Source: an uncultured Desulfurococcaceae archaeon | GTDB lineage: Archaea; Thermoproteota; Thermoprotei_A; Sulfolobales; NBVN01 | Assembly: GCA_964627805.1 (NCBI GenBank) | Contig: CAZVLA010000030.1 | Span: 10,794-74,793, forward strand | Direction of reading: 5' to 3' | DNA: 64,000 bases | In this document: positions 28,549 through 37,790 of the stretch, one piece after another | How positions within the stretch are numbered: position 1 is the first letter of the stretch | Layout: each line of letters begins with the position of its first letter | The notes under the pieces: model-generated | Seen by the model: the letters and a program-made list of their open reading frames with translations, nothing else | The model's database searches: none | What the model was told of the DNA's origin: nothing | Translations under genes and position numbers: made by a program

Positions 28549-29511
28549 TCACCTCCTTGAGTATAGCCAGCATGATACGTAGTGTCCTGGCTCTACCTCT
28601 ACCATTGGTGGTTCCTCCTTCCTACACCTATCCATACACTCAGGACACCTAGGATGAAACCTACAACCAGGTGGCGGAGATATTAGGTCAGGTGGTTGCC
28701 CGGGTATCCACGTCAACCTCTTCTCACCTCTCAACCTAGGTACACTACCTATTAATCCTGAAGTGTATGGATGCTTAGGATTCAAGAATATATCCTCCGC
28801 CCTCCCTAACTCAACTATCTTCCCAGCATACATGATAGCTACCTTATCAGCTATCTCAGCTATTATTGAGAGGTCATGTGATATCATTATTAGGGCCATC
28901 CCTAACTCCTTCTTAAGTCTCTTAAGTAAGTTCATTATTTGTGCTTGAACAACAACATCTAAAGCTGTCGTGGGCTCGTCGGCTATTAGTAACTTAGGAT
29001 TCAGTGCTAGCGCCATAGCAATAACTACCCTCTGCTTCATACCACCACTTAACTCATGAGGATATGACTTAACCCTATTTCTATCAATACCCACTAATTC
29101 AAGTAAGTCGCCAGCCCTCTCCCAAGCCTTCTCTAAGGTATACGACCTATCATGCATTATTATGGCCTCAACGATCTGCTCACCAATGGTCCTAACAGGG
29201 TTTAAAGCATTCATAGCTCCCTGAAAAACCATGCTGACTTTCTTCCATCTGTAATTCCTCCTAACCTCATCCTCGCTCAACTTAGTAATATCAATACCTT
29301 CAAAGACTATCCTACCACCAACGATCTTACCTGGTTCGGGAACTAGCCTTAATAACGAAAAACCCAAGGTTGACTTACCGCAACCAGATTCACCAGCAAT
29401 TCCTAAGCTCTCTCCTTTCTCAACGCCGAAGGAGACACCATCAACAGCCTTTACAACGCCCTTACGTGTTTCGTAATATACTCTTAAATCCTCAACTTCA
29501 AGTAGGGCCAT
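28549..29511 (-). CDS. oligopeptide/dipeptide-type ABC transporter ATP-binding protein (OppD/DppD-like)
   Basis: Walker A GESGCGKST, signature LSGGMKQR, Walker B LIADEP and the C-terminal 4-Cys domain. Confidence 0.88.
   Translation of the reverse strand: MALLEVEDLRVYYETRKGVVKAVDGVSFGVEKGESLGIAGESGCGKSTLGFSLLRLVPEPGKIVGGRIVFEGIDITKLSEDEVRRNYRWKKVSMVFQGAMNALNPVRTIGEQIVEAIIMHDRSYTLEKAWERAGDLLELVGIDRNRVKSYPHELSGGMKQRVVIAMALALNPKLLIADEPTTALDVVVQAQIMNLLKRLKKELGMALIMISHDLSIIAEIADKVAIMYAGKIVELGRAEDIFLNPKHPYTSGLIGSVPRLRGEKRLTWIPGQPPDLISPPPGCRFHPRCPECMDRCRKEEPPMVEVEPGHYVSCWLYSRR
28554..28674 (-). repeat. 121-bp exact direct repeat, copy 2 (3' end of the OppD-like gene)
   Basis: Identical to 27454-27574. 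Both copies encode PPGCRFHPRCPECMDRCRKEEPPMVEVEPGHYVSCWLYSR. Confidence 0.95.
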
Positions 29512-29663
29512 CCTCGCTTCACCAAACCCCGATAACTTTAGGGTAAGTCCTTTATATAAAGTTAAAGCATGCTAATGTTAGTGTATATATCGTATTGAAT
29601 AGTTCTTAATCATAGCTTAATGATTTAAACCGTAATGAGTCAAGGTGCTTAATAGGAGATTAG

Positions 29664-29891
29664 TTACTTATTGACTTCTTTAAGTAGTAAATACTTAACC
29701 CTTAAGGTAAGCCCATAGAACATAATAACCATACTAGCCACTATTAATGAAAATGCGAGTATCATTAACCAAACAGATCTAACTTCGGAAGCTACGTAAG
29801 TGAGGAGTAAGGCAAATGCCGTTAAGAATAGGGAGGCTAACAAGAATCTCCTCTGCTTAATCCTAAGTATCCGAACTTCCTCCTCAGTCAT
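29664..29891 (-). CDS. small membrane protein (2 predicted TM helices)
   Basis: 75 aa with two hydrophobic stretches; lies upstream of the ATPase genes on the same strand. Confidence 0.4.
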   Translation of the reverse strand: MTEEEVRILRIKQRRFLLASLFLTAFALLLTYVASEVRSVWLMILAFSLIVASMVIMFYGLTLRVKYLLLKEVNK

Positions 29892-30015
29892 TACGTACTA
29901 TACCCTCTAATGACTTACAAGCGTAAGTATATAGGTATTTTACGTATCTTAAACCCTACAGAGGCTCTAACCTATTATAATCATTAGTAATAATTATGTC
30001 AGAGGATGACAGGTT

Positions 30016-30831
30016 TTGCACGGTAGACATAGGAAGGATAAAGTACGTAGGAGCGGAAGTAGGGAAGCATCATTAAAGATAGCATCAGTTGCTATTCTAA
30101 TAATGGCTCTATTTTTAACGATACTATGGGTAACGAATACACCATTAATTGAGCTTAACCCTCCATGCATCTTGAGCAGCAAAGTGAGCACACAATTTAG
30201 TGCGATACTGAATTACGTTAAGTTTAATCCTGAGAGTAGATACTTAAGACTTAATGCCAAGTATGTCGCTTTTTACTTCATGATTAACGATAAGAAATAC
30301 TACTTAGCGGCTATTCCTTTACTACCTAATAAGGAAGTAACGGTTAATAAAGGAGTATCAATTAACGCTGAGAACTTAAGTAAGTCTGTCTTCTTAGGAC
30401 TCTACGACAACGTATCTAAAATAACGTACCCTATAGGTAAGTTATACCACAATCCTCTACGGACAGTAATGTTACATACCTTCCTGTACGAGGCATTAAT
30501 AACTGCAGGGTTCGAAAATACTTCATTGAATGTACGAGTAACTACTAGTACGCCATTAGTCATTAATATTAAGTTGATCATTGGTGAGGAGGCATTAGTG
30601 AAAACATATAGAGTAGGTGTTGGGACCCATAACATAAGTGTAAGGATGCCATTTAATAATTACTACGTAAGTGCGTATTATAACTTAGGAGTACTTACAT
30701 TCACTATTAATAAGGGTTCAGCAATGTTATTAATAGGTAATAACCTTTTATTGAAGCTACTGGTACTTGTTCTCTACGGCACTTCAGTACTTCTTTTACT
30801 GTTCTCAAGAAAATTAGTAAAAAGTAGATAA
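30016..30831 (+). CDS. membrane-anchored hypothetical protein (N- and C-terminal TM segments, extracellular beta-rich core)
   Basis: TTG start. A basic N-terminus is followed by a TM segment, and there is a C-terminal TM. It sits upstream of the solute-binding protein gene. Confidence 0.45.
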   Translation: MHGRHRKDKVRRSGSREASLKIASVAILIMALFLTILWVTNTPLIELNPPCILSSKVSTQFSAILNYVKFNPESRYLRLNAKYVAFYFMINDKKYYLAAIPLLPNKEVTVNKGVSINAENLSKSVFLGLYDNVSKITYPIGKLYHNPLRTVMLHTFLYEALITAGFENTSLNVRVTTSTPLVINIKLIIGEEALVKTYRVGVGTHNISVRMPFNNYYVSAYYNLGVLTFTINKGSAMLLIGNNLLLKLLVLVLYGTSVLLLLFSRKLVKSR

Positions 30832-30912
30832 TGTATGAACTTACCTAGAAGAAATATTTCTTTAATAAGCCACTCCTAAAGCCTTATTAAGTGAGTTTAT
30901 GCGTTATAGTAT

Positions 30913-33900
30913 ATGGGGGTAAATAAGGTGAAGTACACCCGCGCTTTTAGCTTAGCTATCCTAGCTATAGTCGCAATTAGTGCATTAGTTGGGTTAGCAT
31001 CAACCCACGTAACATACGCTCAAACAAAGAAAGGTCCAGCCTCAGACGAACTAATATACACTGCAGTACCCTTAAGGAACGTACCAGACGCTATAGGTAA
31101 GACCATAGATGCGTACATCTTCGGACTAAGACCTGCTCAAGTAAAGGCTATTCAGGGCAAACCTGGTGTATCGTTATACACGGCACCAGCAGGTATAGTT
31201 GACTTCATATTCAACCCAGCACCCGTCTACACAACAACACTGAAGGGAGTATACACTAAGGAGGAGGCAGCTAAGAAGTTAGGTGTTAACCCGATAGACA
31301 TAGTCTACATTAAAGTGAATAAGACTGCAGGAACTACTTACGTAGAGCTAGGTGCTTATCCGGGCAAGGGTATTAACCCATTCGCATTTAGGCAGGTTAG
31401 ATTCGCTATGAACTACCTCATCGACAGGAAGTACGTAGTAACTAACATCTACGGCGGTTACGCAGCGCCAATGTACGCACCCTACTCGTACTACGATCCA
31501 ATGTACTCCATAATCGCTGATATAGTGGCTAAGTACAGATTCAGTTACGCACCAGCACTAGCTGACCAGATAATAACTAAGGTACTAACCGCGGTAGGTG
31601 CTGTGAAGAAGGGTGGTAAGTGGTACTATGACGGCAAGCCAATAACCATCAAGTTCGTAATAAGGACTGAGGATGAGAGGAAGGAGCTAGGTGATATGTT
31701 AGCCTCAGAGCTTGAGAGGCTAGGATTCACTGTTAATAGGATGTACATGACATTCGGTGAGGCAATAAGTACAGTCTACTTCACTAACCCAATAGACTTC
31801 AAGTGGCACATATACACCGAGGGATGGGGTAAGGGAGCCATTGATAGATGGGACCCATGGACACTAACGCAGTTCGCGGCACCTTGGTTCGGTTGGATGC
31901 CAGGTATACAGCAGGCTGGTTGGTGGCAGTACAAGAATGAAACCCTAGACGAGCTAACTAAGAAGGCATGTCTAGGTAAGTTCAAGAGTAAGGAGGAGTT
32001 CATTAATCTAATAAGGAACGCTACCGAGATAGCACTACAGGAGAGCGTTAGGGTATGGATAGCTACAACGATGGACGTATTCCCAGCAGTATCGGACCTC
32101 AAGGGAGTAACCCTAGACTTAGGTGCTGGGCTAAGGTCAATATACGATGCTAGGGAGTGGTACATACCTGGAAAGAACGTAGTTAGGGTAGGTCACCTAC
32201 ACATCTGGACATCTAGAACCGTATGGAACATCTTTGGAGGATTCTCAGATGTATACAGTGTAGACATTGCTAGGCAGACTTACGACCCATTCATATGGAG
32301 GCACCCATTCAATGGTGAGCCAATACCGTTCAGAGTAACCTTCGACGTAGTAACAGCAGGGCCTACCGGTAAGTTAACACTACCCAGCGACGCAATAATA
32401 TGGGATGCTAAGAAGAATGAGTGGGTTAACGTAAAGCCAGGAACCAAAGCAACTAGTGAAGTCATATTCCACCTAGACAAGCTAATCGGTACTAAGTGGC
32501 ACGACAACATAACGATAACATGGGCAGATGTACTAGCTATTTGGGCTGAGGACTTCGAGATAGCCTACGACCCCGTTAAGTCACAGCTAGAGTCAGCTAT
32601 TGCAGGACCGCTTAAGGAGACTCTAGACTTAATCAAGGGTATTAAGATAGTACCGGATAAGAAGGAGTTAATAGTGTATATTGACTACTGGCACTTCGAT
32701 AAGGCGTACATCGCTGACATGGCATCAATATCACTGCAGAACCCAGCAGCCTTAATACTAGCTCAGGACTACCTAGCATTCGTAGCTAAGAAGTATGCAT
32801 TAAGCGATGCTAGATCAAGAGCACAGAAGATACCGCAGCTAAGCCTAGTACTATCCGACCATGCTAAGGCTATCGAGGACGTACTAAAGACTTGGTTAAG
32901 TGAAGGTACTATACCCAGCGACTATAAGGGATACTTCGTAGTCAATGGCAAGTCCTACTTAACCACCGATGAGTGGAAGGCTAGGTTACAGGCACTAATT
33001 AAGTGGATCGACACTTACCATAACGCATGGGTTAGTGACGGCCCATTCATGGTGGTACTCTTCGATAAGGATAAGCAGATAGTTAAGCTCAAGGCATTCA
33101 GAGACCCGACATATCCATTCAGTCCAGGCACTTGGTACTTCGGAATGCCTAAGCCAGTACACATAGTGTCGGTAGGCGTCCCAGTAGTATCGCCTGGTAG
33201 TGAGGCAACTATAATCATTACAGTAAGTGGTGAGCCGCCAATACATGTTAAGTACATACTAAGGGACCCAGTAACTAACACAATAATAGTATCAGGTGAC
33301 GCTACTCAAGTAACCCCAACAACATTCAGGGTAGTGCTACCAGCTGAGGTAACTTCGAAGCTTAAGGAGTACAGTGCTTACGAATTAACGGTGTTAGCCT
33401 TCAGTGAGAAGGTAGCAATGCCTGCTGAGGTAATCAAGACATTAACGACTGGTGCTGCCTTAACTAAGAAGTTAGGTGAGGTATCAGCTAAGGTTGCTCA
33501 AGTAAGTAAGACTGTTGAGGAGGTAAGCTCAAGGGTAGAGCAAATCAGCACCCAATTAAGTCAGAGAATAGAGCAGATAAGTGCTCAGTTAAGTGAGAAG
33601 CTAACTAAGCAAGTATCACAAGTAAGTGCTGCTTTAGGTAGTGCATTAAAGACTTCCTTAAGTGAGTTATCAAAGTCAATGACTGACTTAGCGAACACGC
33701 TAAAGTCATCAATGAGTGAGTTAAGCAGTACTCTAAAGTCTTCGGTAGGTTCAGTAAGTAGTCAAGTAACTGCAGTAAGTAATGAAGTTAAGAGCGTTAA
33801 GAGTGACATAGCGTCGCTGAAGAGCACAATGTCAAGCTTAAGCTCAAGCATAGATGAATTAAGTGATAAGGTTAGCTCACTAGATAAGACAATTAAGGGT

Positions 33901-33993
33901 ATAACAGGGACATTCACACTACTAGAGGGTCTAATCATCATAACCATAATATTGGAGATCATAGCAATAGCTGTAGCGTTTAGGAGAAAGTAA
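30913..33993 (+). CDS. ABC transporter solute-binding protein (family 5, peptide/nickel type) with a Ser-rich helical stalk and C-terminal TM anchor
   Basis: A signal/TM segment (AILAIVAISALVGLAS) precedes a large SBP_bac_5-like body. About 150 aa of Ser-rich amphipathic repeats follow, ending in the anchor LIIITIILEIIAIAVAFRRK. Confidence 0.8.
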   Translation: MGVNKVKYTRAFSLAILAIVAISALVGLASTHVTYAQTKKGPASDELIYTAVPLRNVPDAIGKTIDAYIFGLRPAQVKAIQGKPGVSLYTAPAGIVDFIFNPAPVYTTTLKGVYTKEEAAKKLGVNPIDIVYIKVNKTAGTTYVELGAYPGKGINPFAFRQVRFAMNYLIDRKYVVTNIYGGYAAPMYAPYSYYDPMYSIIADIVAKYRFSYAPALADQIITKVLTAVGAVKKGGKWYYDGKPITIKFVIRTEDERKELGDMLASELERLGFTVNRMYMTFGEAISTVYFTNPIDFKWHIYTEGWGKGAIDRWDPWTLTQFAAPWFGWMPGIQQAGWWQYKNETLDELTKKACLGKFKSKEEFINLIRNATEIALQESVRVWIATTMDVFPAVSDLKGVTLDLGAGLRSIYDAREWYIPGKNVVRVGHLHIWTSRTVWNIFGGFSDVYSVDIARQTYDPFIWRHPFNGEPIPFRVTFDVVTAGPTGKLTLPSDAIIWDAKKNEWVNVKPGTKATSEVIFHLDKLIGTKWHDNITITWADVLAIWAEDFEIAYDPVKSQLESAIAGPLKETLDLIKGIKIVPDKKELIVYIDYWHFDKAYIADMASISLQNPAALILAQDYLAFVAKKYALSDARSRAQKIPQLSLVLSDHAKAIEDVLKTWLSEGTIPSDYKGYFVVNGKSYLTTDEWKARLQALIKWIDTYHNAWVSDGPFMVVLFDKDKQIVKLKAFRDPTYPFSPGTWYFGMPKPVHIVSVGVPVVSPGSEATIIITVSGEPPIHVKYILRDPVTNTIIVSGDATQVTPTTFRVVLPAEVTSKLKEYSAYELTVLAFSEKVAMPAEVIKTLTTGAALTKKLGEVSAKVAQVSKTVEEVSSRVEQISTQLSQRIEQISAQLSEKLTKQVSQVSAALGSALKTSLSELSKSMTDLANTLKSSMSELSSTLKSSVGSVSSQVTAVSNEVKSVKSDIASLKSTMSSLSSSIDELSDKVSSLDKTIKGITGTFTLLEGLIIITIILEIIAIAVAFRRK

Positions 33994-34130
33994 TCGTGAG
34001 ATTACATAAACAATAAAAACAATTTTAAACAAATACTAAAATTTTATTCAATTAACAATCTTATATCCCCCCTAAAGTAGTGTATATTGGCGCTTAAGTG
34101 CGGCATCCCTAGATTAAAAGGTGGTTAATA

Positions 34131-35204
34131 GTGGGTGTAGGTACGGTACTTGCGAGAAGGGCAGTAGCATTAACGGTTGCCTTAATAATTGTTGTTTTCC
34201 TAACCGCAATAATAATGGGTGCTACGGGCTACGATAAGGCTGTTTGGCAAGCAATAATAAATGAACAGGTTAGGGCTTACCAAACAAGCTTACTCAGGGG
34301 ACATACCGCACCGGAGAAGGTTAGGGAGCTGGTTCAGCAGTATAAGGAGAAATTAATAAAACTATACGGACTAGATAAACCGTGGTATGAAAGGTCATTA
34401 CCTTTAGTCTGGAGAACACTTACATTTCACCTAGGTATTTCAGATAGCTATGAAGTAGCTGACGTAGCGGGTGTTCCATACCCGGTTAAGGTTAGTGATG
34501 CTATATTACTGTGCTTGCCTAGGACGATAGTAATGATTACAATAGCCCAGTTAATATGCGCATTAATAGCCCTACGTGTAGGACCTACAATAGCCTATAA
34601 GAGAGGTACGGGCTTTGATAGAGCTATAGTGAGTTACGCAGCACTAACGAATGCCTTACCGGTCTGGTGGCTAGGTATGTTAATGATATACATCTTCGGC
34701 TTCCGCCTAGGGATATTCCCAACAGATTACAGAGCAGTCATCGCATACATGATGAACTTCTGGTCTAAACCCCTCTATAACTTAGCTAACATAATGTACT
34801 ACGCTACACTACCAATAATAACCATCGTAATAACCTTCCTAGGCAGCTGGTTCTACAGTATTAGAGCTATGGTACTTAGGGTAGTTAAGGAGGACTTCGT
34901 AATGGTTGCTAAGGCTAAGGGATTACCTGAGAAGTACATAATATCAAAGCACGTACTAAGAGCAGCTATACCACCAGTAATAACTAATGTCATACTCTCA
35001 CTAGCTGCATCAATTAGTGGATACATAATAACTGAATCAGTATTTGACTGGCCAGGCATGGGTACGTTGTATTGGGTAGCAATAACTACAGCAGACATAA
35101 CCACAATATTAGGGCTTACTTACATGTTCACGATAGTCTACATAATAGGTAGGTTCATACTTGAGGTACTCTACATATTCCTAGACCCTAGGGTGAGGTA
35201 CTAA
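34131..35204 (+). CDS. ABC transporter permease (DppB/OppB-like)
   Basis: About 6 TM segments and an EAA-loop-like VMVAKAKGLPEKYIISKHVLRAA; GTG start. Confidence 0.85.
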   Translation: MGVGTVLARRAVALTVALIIVVFLTAIIMGATGYDKAVWQAIINEQVRAYQTSLLRGHTAPEKVRELVQQYKEKLIKLYGLDKPWYERSLPLVWRTLTFHLGISDSYEVADVAGVPYPVKVSDAILLCLPRTIVMITIAQLICALIALRVGPTIAYKRGTGFDRAIVSYAALTNALPVWWLGMLMIYIFGFRLGIFPTDYRAVIAYMMNFWSKPLYNLANIMYYATLPIITIVITFLGSWFYSIRAMVLRVVKEDFVMVAKAKGLPEKYIISKHVLRAAIPPVITNVILSLAASISGYIITESVFDWPGMGTLYWVAITTADITTILGLTYMFTIVYIIGRFILEVLYIFLDPRVRY

Positions 35205-36658
35205 TGTCTAGGCCACATAAGAAGTCAAGAGTGGGTGAGACCTTAATTAATTGGGTTAAGGAAATATCATCATATACTAGCGGTAAAGTAGGTCTGGCGC
35301 TTCTTCTCATATTCGTAGTAATATCGATATACGCCCTAGTAACATTACCGCCTAATTTCAAGTACATATGGAGTAACCCTAGATGCTGGCAGGACTATCC
35401 GGAACTAGCCCCACCTGCTTGGGTTAGGATGTTAGGATATCAGAGAGCTGCTCATAAAGTGGTCACTTATGACACACCGAGTAGGATAAGGGTATATGGT
35501 CCTTATAGGGTATTCATTTATAGTACATACTATGACCTAGACGTTAAGGATTACCCCCAGGATCTGATAATAGAGTTGAAGGACGTTAGGGTACCTAAAG
35601 TAAGTGGTAGGGCAGTCCCAGTAATGCTTAGAATGTACGTTAAAAGGCCAGACGGTAAGGTAATTAAGGTAATCGATACTACCCTTTATTTCCCTAAGAA
35701 CGTCTCAGTAGCCTACACGAACCAGTCGCTAGTAATAAGTGCTAATAGGAAATTAATAGTTAGTGAAGTACTCTATAAAGTACTTAATAGTACAAGTGCT
35801 CAATTAAGCCCAGCTGTAGCAGTGAATTACGTATTTGGTAAATTACGCCTTAACGCATCTAAGGTTATCGTAACACCCTTAGAGGGTACATATAAAGTAT
35901 ATGCGGAGCTTTACTACCCAGCATCCTCAGGTATAATAAACCCAGCAGGCTTCGTTAGGCTTGTCATTGTGGGTGATTGCTACGGACTTCTAGGAACCGA
36001 CAACATAGGTAGGGACTTAGCTCAAGCAATTCTGTATGGTTTCCCAATAGCGCTTATGATAGGTTTCGTAACGGCCGTAGCGTCAACACTGATAGGCTTA
36101 TTCGCTGGAGTAATAAGTGCCTACTACGGAGGGTTAGTTGATGAGTTCCTTCAGAGGTTAATCGATGTTATGGGTAATATACCATTACTACCGTTCCTAA
36201 TACTATTAGTGGACGTTACTCCTGTAGAGTACAGATTGCAAGTAATAATGCTGGTTCTGGTGGTGTTTGGTTGGGGAGGCCTAGCAATTACTGTTAGGGC
36301 TATGACGTTAAGCATCAAGGAGGAGCCGTACATAGAGGCGGCTAGAGCTATTGGTGCTAGCAATGCTAGGATAATACTGAGGCATATAGTACCTCAGATA
36401 GTACCGTATGCAACAGCGACTCTAGTATTCTCGGTACCGGGAGCGATACTGGCTGAGGCAGGCCTTAGCGTGTTAGGTTTAGAGCATGGATGGCCTACAT
36501 GGGGTAGAGTACTAGCGGCTGCTAGAATGACAGGAAGGTACGATGTCTGGTGGTGGATATTGCCACCAGGAATACTACTAGCACTAACTTCATTGACATT
36601 CGTACTCCTAGGTATGGCCCTCGAAACCATAGTAGAGCCTAGGCTAAGGACAAGGTAA
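35204..36658 (+). CDS. ABC transporter permease (DppC/OppC-like) with a long extracytoplasmic insert
   Basis: LGTDNIGRDL motif and EAARAIGASNARIILRHIVPQ EAA loop; the start overlaps the upstream stop. Confidence 0.85.
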   Translation: MSRPHKKSRVGETLINWVKEISSYTSGKVGLALLLIFVVISIYALVTLPPNFKYIWSNPRCWQDYPELAPPAWVRMLGYQRAAHKVVTYDTPSRIRVYGPYRVFIYSTYYDLDVKDYPQDLIIELKDVRVPKVSGRAVPVMLRMYVKRPDGKVIKVIDTTLYFPKNVSVAYTNQSLVISANRKLIVSEVLYKVLNSTSAQLSPAVAVNYVFGKLRLNASKVIVTPLEGTYKVYAELYYPASSGIINPAGFVRLVIVGDCYGLLGTDNIGRDLAQAILYGFPIALMIGFVTAVASTLIGLFAGVISAYYGGLVDEFLQRLIDVMGNIPLLPFLILLVDVTPVEYRLQVIMLVLVVFGWGGLAITVRAMTLSIKEEPYIEAARAIGASNARIILRHIVPQIVPYATATLVFSVPGAILAEAGLSVLGLEHGWPTWGRVLAAARMTGRYDVWWWILPPGILLALTSLTFVLLGMALETIVEPRLRTR

Positions 36659-36709
36659 GGCATTTTAAATGTTTTACGCTAAGGTTAAACAATAAAATCT
36701 TAACCATAC

Positions 36710-37789
36710 ATGTTGGACTGGGTCAAAGTATTGTCTAGGCCTGAATCAAGAGCCGGTATAGTTGGTTGGGGGGTTTACATACCTAGATACAGGATTAAAG
36801 CATTAGACATAGCACGTATGTGGGGCTTCCCTGAGGAGTTAATTAAGTCGTTATGGATTGAGGAGAAGGCGGTAGGGGCTGAGGATGAGGACGCAGTAAC
36901 TATAGGTTGGTACGCAGCTAAGGTAGCTCTAGAGAGGGGAGGTGTTGACCCTAAGGAGGTAGGAGCTGTGTTCTTCGGTACTGAATCAAAGCCCTACGCA
37001 GTAAAGCCCTCAGCAACTATAGTAGCTGATGCCTTAGGCATAAGTAATATTAAGATGGCGTCAGACCTAGAATTCGCTTGTAGAGCTGGAGGTGAAGGCA
37101 TAAGGAATGCTATAGCCTTAGTAAGTGCAGGCTTTATGAAGTACGCACTAGCTATAGGCTCAGACACCGCTCAAGCAGCACCTGGTGACGTTCTTGAATT
37201 AACAGCATCGTCAGGTGGTGCAGCGTACTTAATAGGTCCATCAGATAAGTCCGTAGCTATCTTTGAAGGCGTAGTTACCTACGTAACGGATACCCCGGAC
37301 TTCTGGAGAAGGGATCTATGTAAGTACCCCAAGCACGGTGAGATATTCACAGGTGAGCCAGCTTACTTCCATCACATTACATCAGCTGTTAGCATACTAT
37401 TGAGTGAATTAGGGCTGAAGCCTGAGGACTTCAACTACGCAGTTTTTCATCAACCAAATGGTAAGTTCCCACTTCAAGTAGGTAGGAAGTTAGGATTCCC
37501 GAAGGAAAAAATACTCCCCGGTATAGTTACTCCATGGATAGGTAATACTTACAACGGCTCAGCGTTAATAGGTTTAGCTAAGGTACTCGAGCAGGCTAAG
37601 CCAGGTGATAGAATATTAGTAGCTACCTTCGGAAGCGGTGCAGGTAGTGACGCCTTCAGTATAGTAGTTAAGGACGGTATTGATGATGTTGCTAAGAGAG
37701 GACCATTAGTTGAGGACCTCCTTAAGAGGAAGAGGTATGTGAGCTATGGTGAGTACGCGAAGTATAGGAGATTATTAATTAAGGTGTGA
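36710..37789 (+). CDS. archaeal hydroxymethylglutaryl-CoA synthase
   Basis: GTESKPYAVKPSA (Glu), LEFACRAGG (Cys) and FHQPNGKFP (His); first gene of the HMGCS/thiolase/DUF35 triad. Confidence 0.88.
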   Translation: MLDWVKVLSRPESRAGIVGWGVYIPRYRIKALDIARMWGFPEELIKSLWIEEKAVGAEDEDAVTIGWYAAKVALERGGVDPKEVGAVFFGTESKPYAVKPSATIVADALGISNIKMASDLEFACRAGGEGIRNAIALVSAGFMKYALAIGSDTAQAAPGDVLELTASSGGAAYLIGPSDKSVAIFEGVVTYVTDTPDFWRRDLCKYPKHGEIFTGEPAYFHHITSAVSILLSELGLKPEDFNYAVFHQPNGKFPLQVGRKLGFPKEKILPGIVTPWIGNTYNGSALIGLAKVLEQAKPGDRILVATFGSGAGSDAFSIVVKDGIDDVAKRGPLVEDLLKRKRYVSYGEYAKYRRLLIKV

Positions 37790-37790
37790 G

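Noticed and set aside
28547-28573. Apparent 25-nt overlap between the two ABC ATPase genes
   Set aside because: It arises only because the ORF track takes the most upstream ATG, which lies inside the 121-bp repeat. ATG 28546, directly after GGAGGTGA and 2 nt after the upstream stop, is the more plausible start.
33450-33905. Repetitive DNA that might be a tandem repeat or a CRISPR-like array
   Set aside because: It is imperfect, in-frame, AGT-rich coding low complexity inside the SBP gene. There are no unit repeats with unique spacers. No CRISPR array exists anywhere in the window.
34069-34079. 11-mer CCCCTAAAGTA shared with the hsp20 promoter (47211-47221)
   Set aside because: Hundreds of shared 11-mers are expected by chance within 64 kb, and the two copies sit at different distances from their start codons.
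33994-34130. A/T-rich 137-bp spacer with three AAACAA motifs between the SBP and permease genes, considered as an origin or regulatory element
   Set aside because: It is short and has no symmetric repeats. It is adequately explained as a terminator/attenuator plus internal promoter, as commonly seen between SBP and permease genes.
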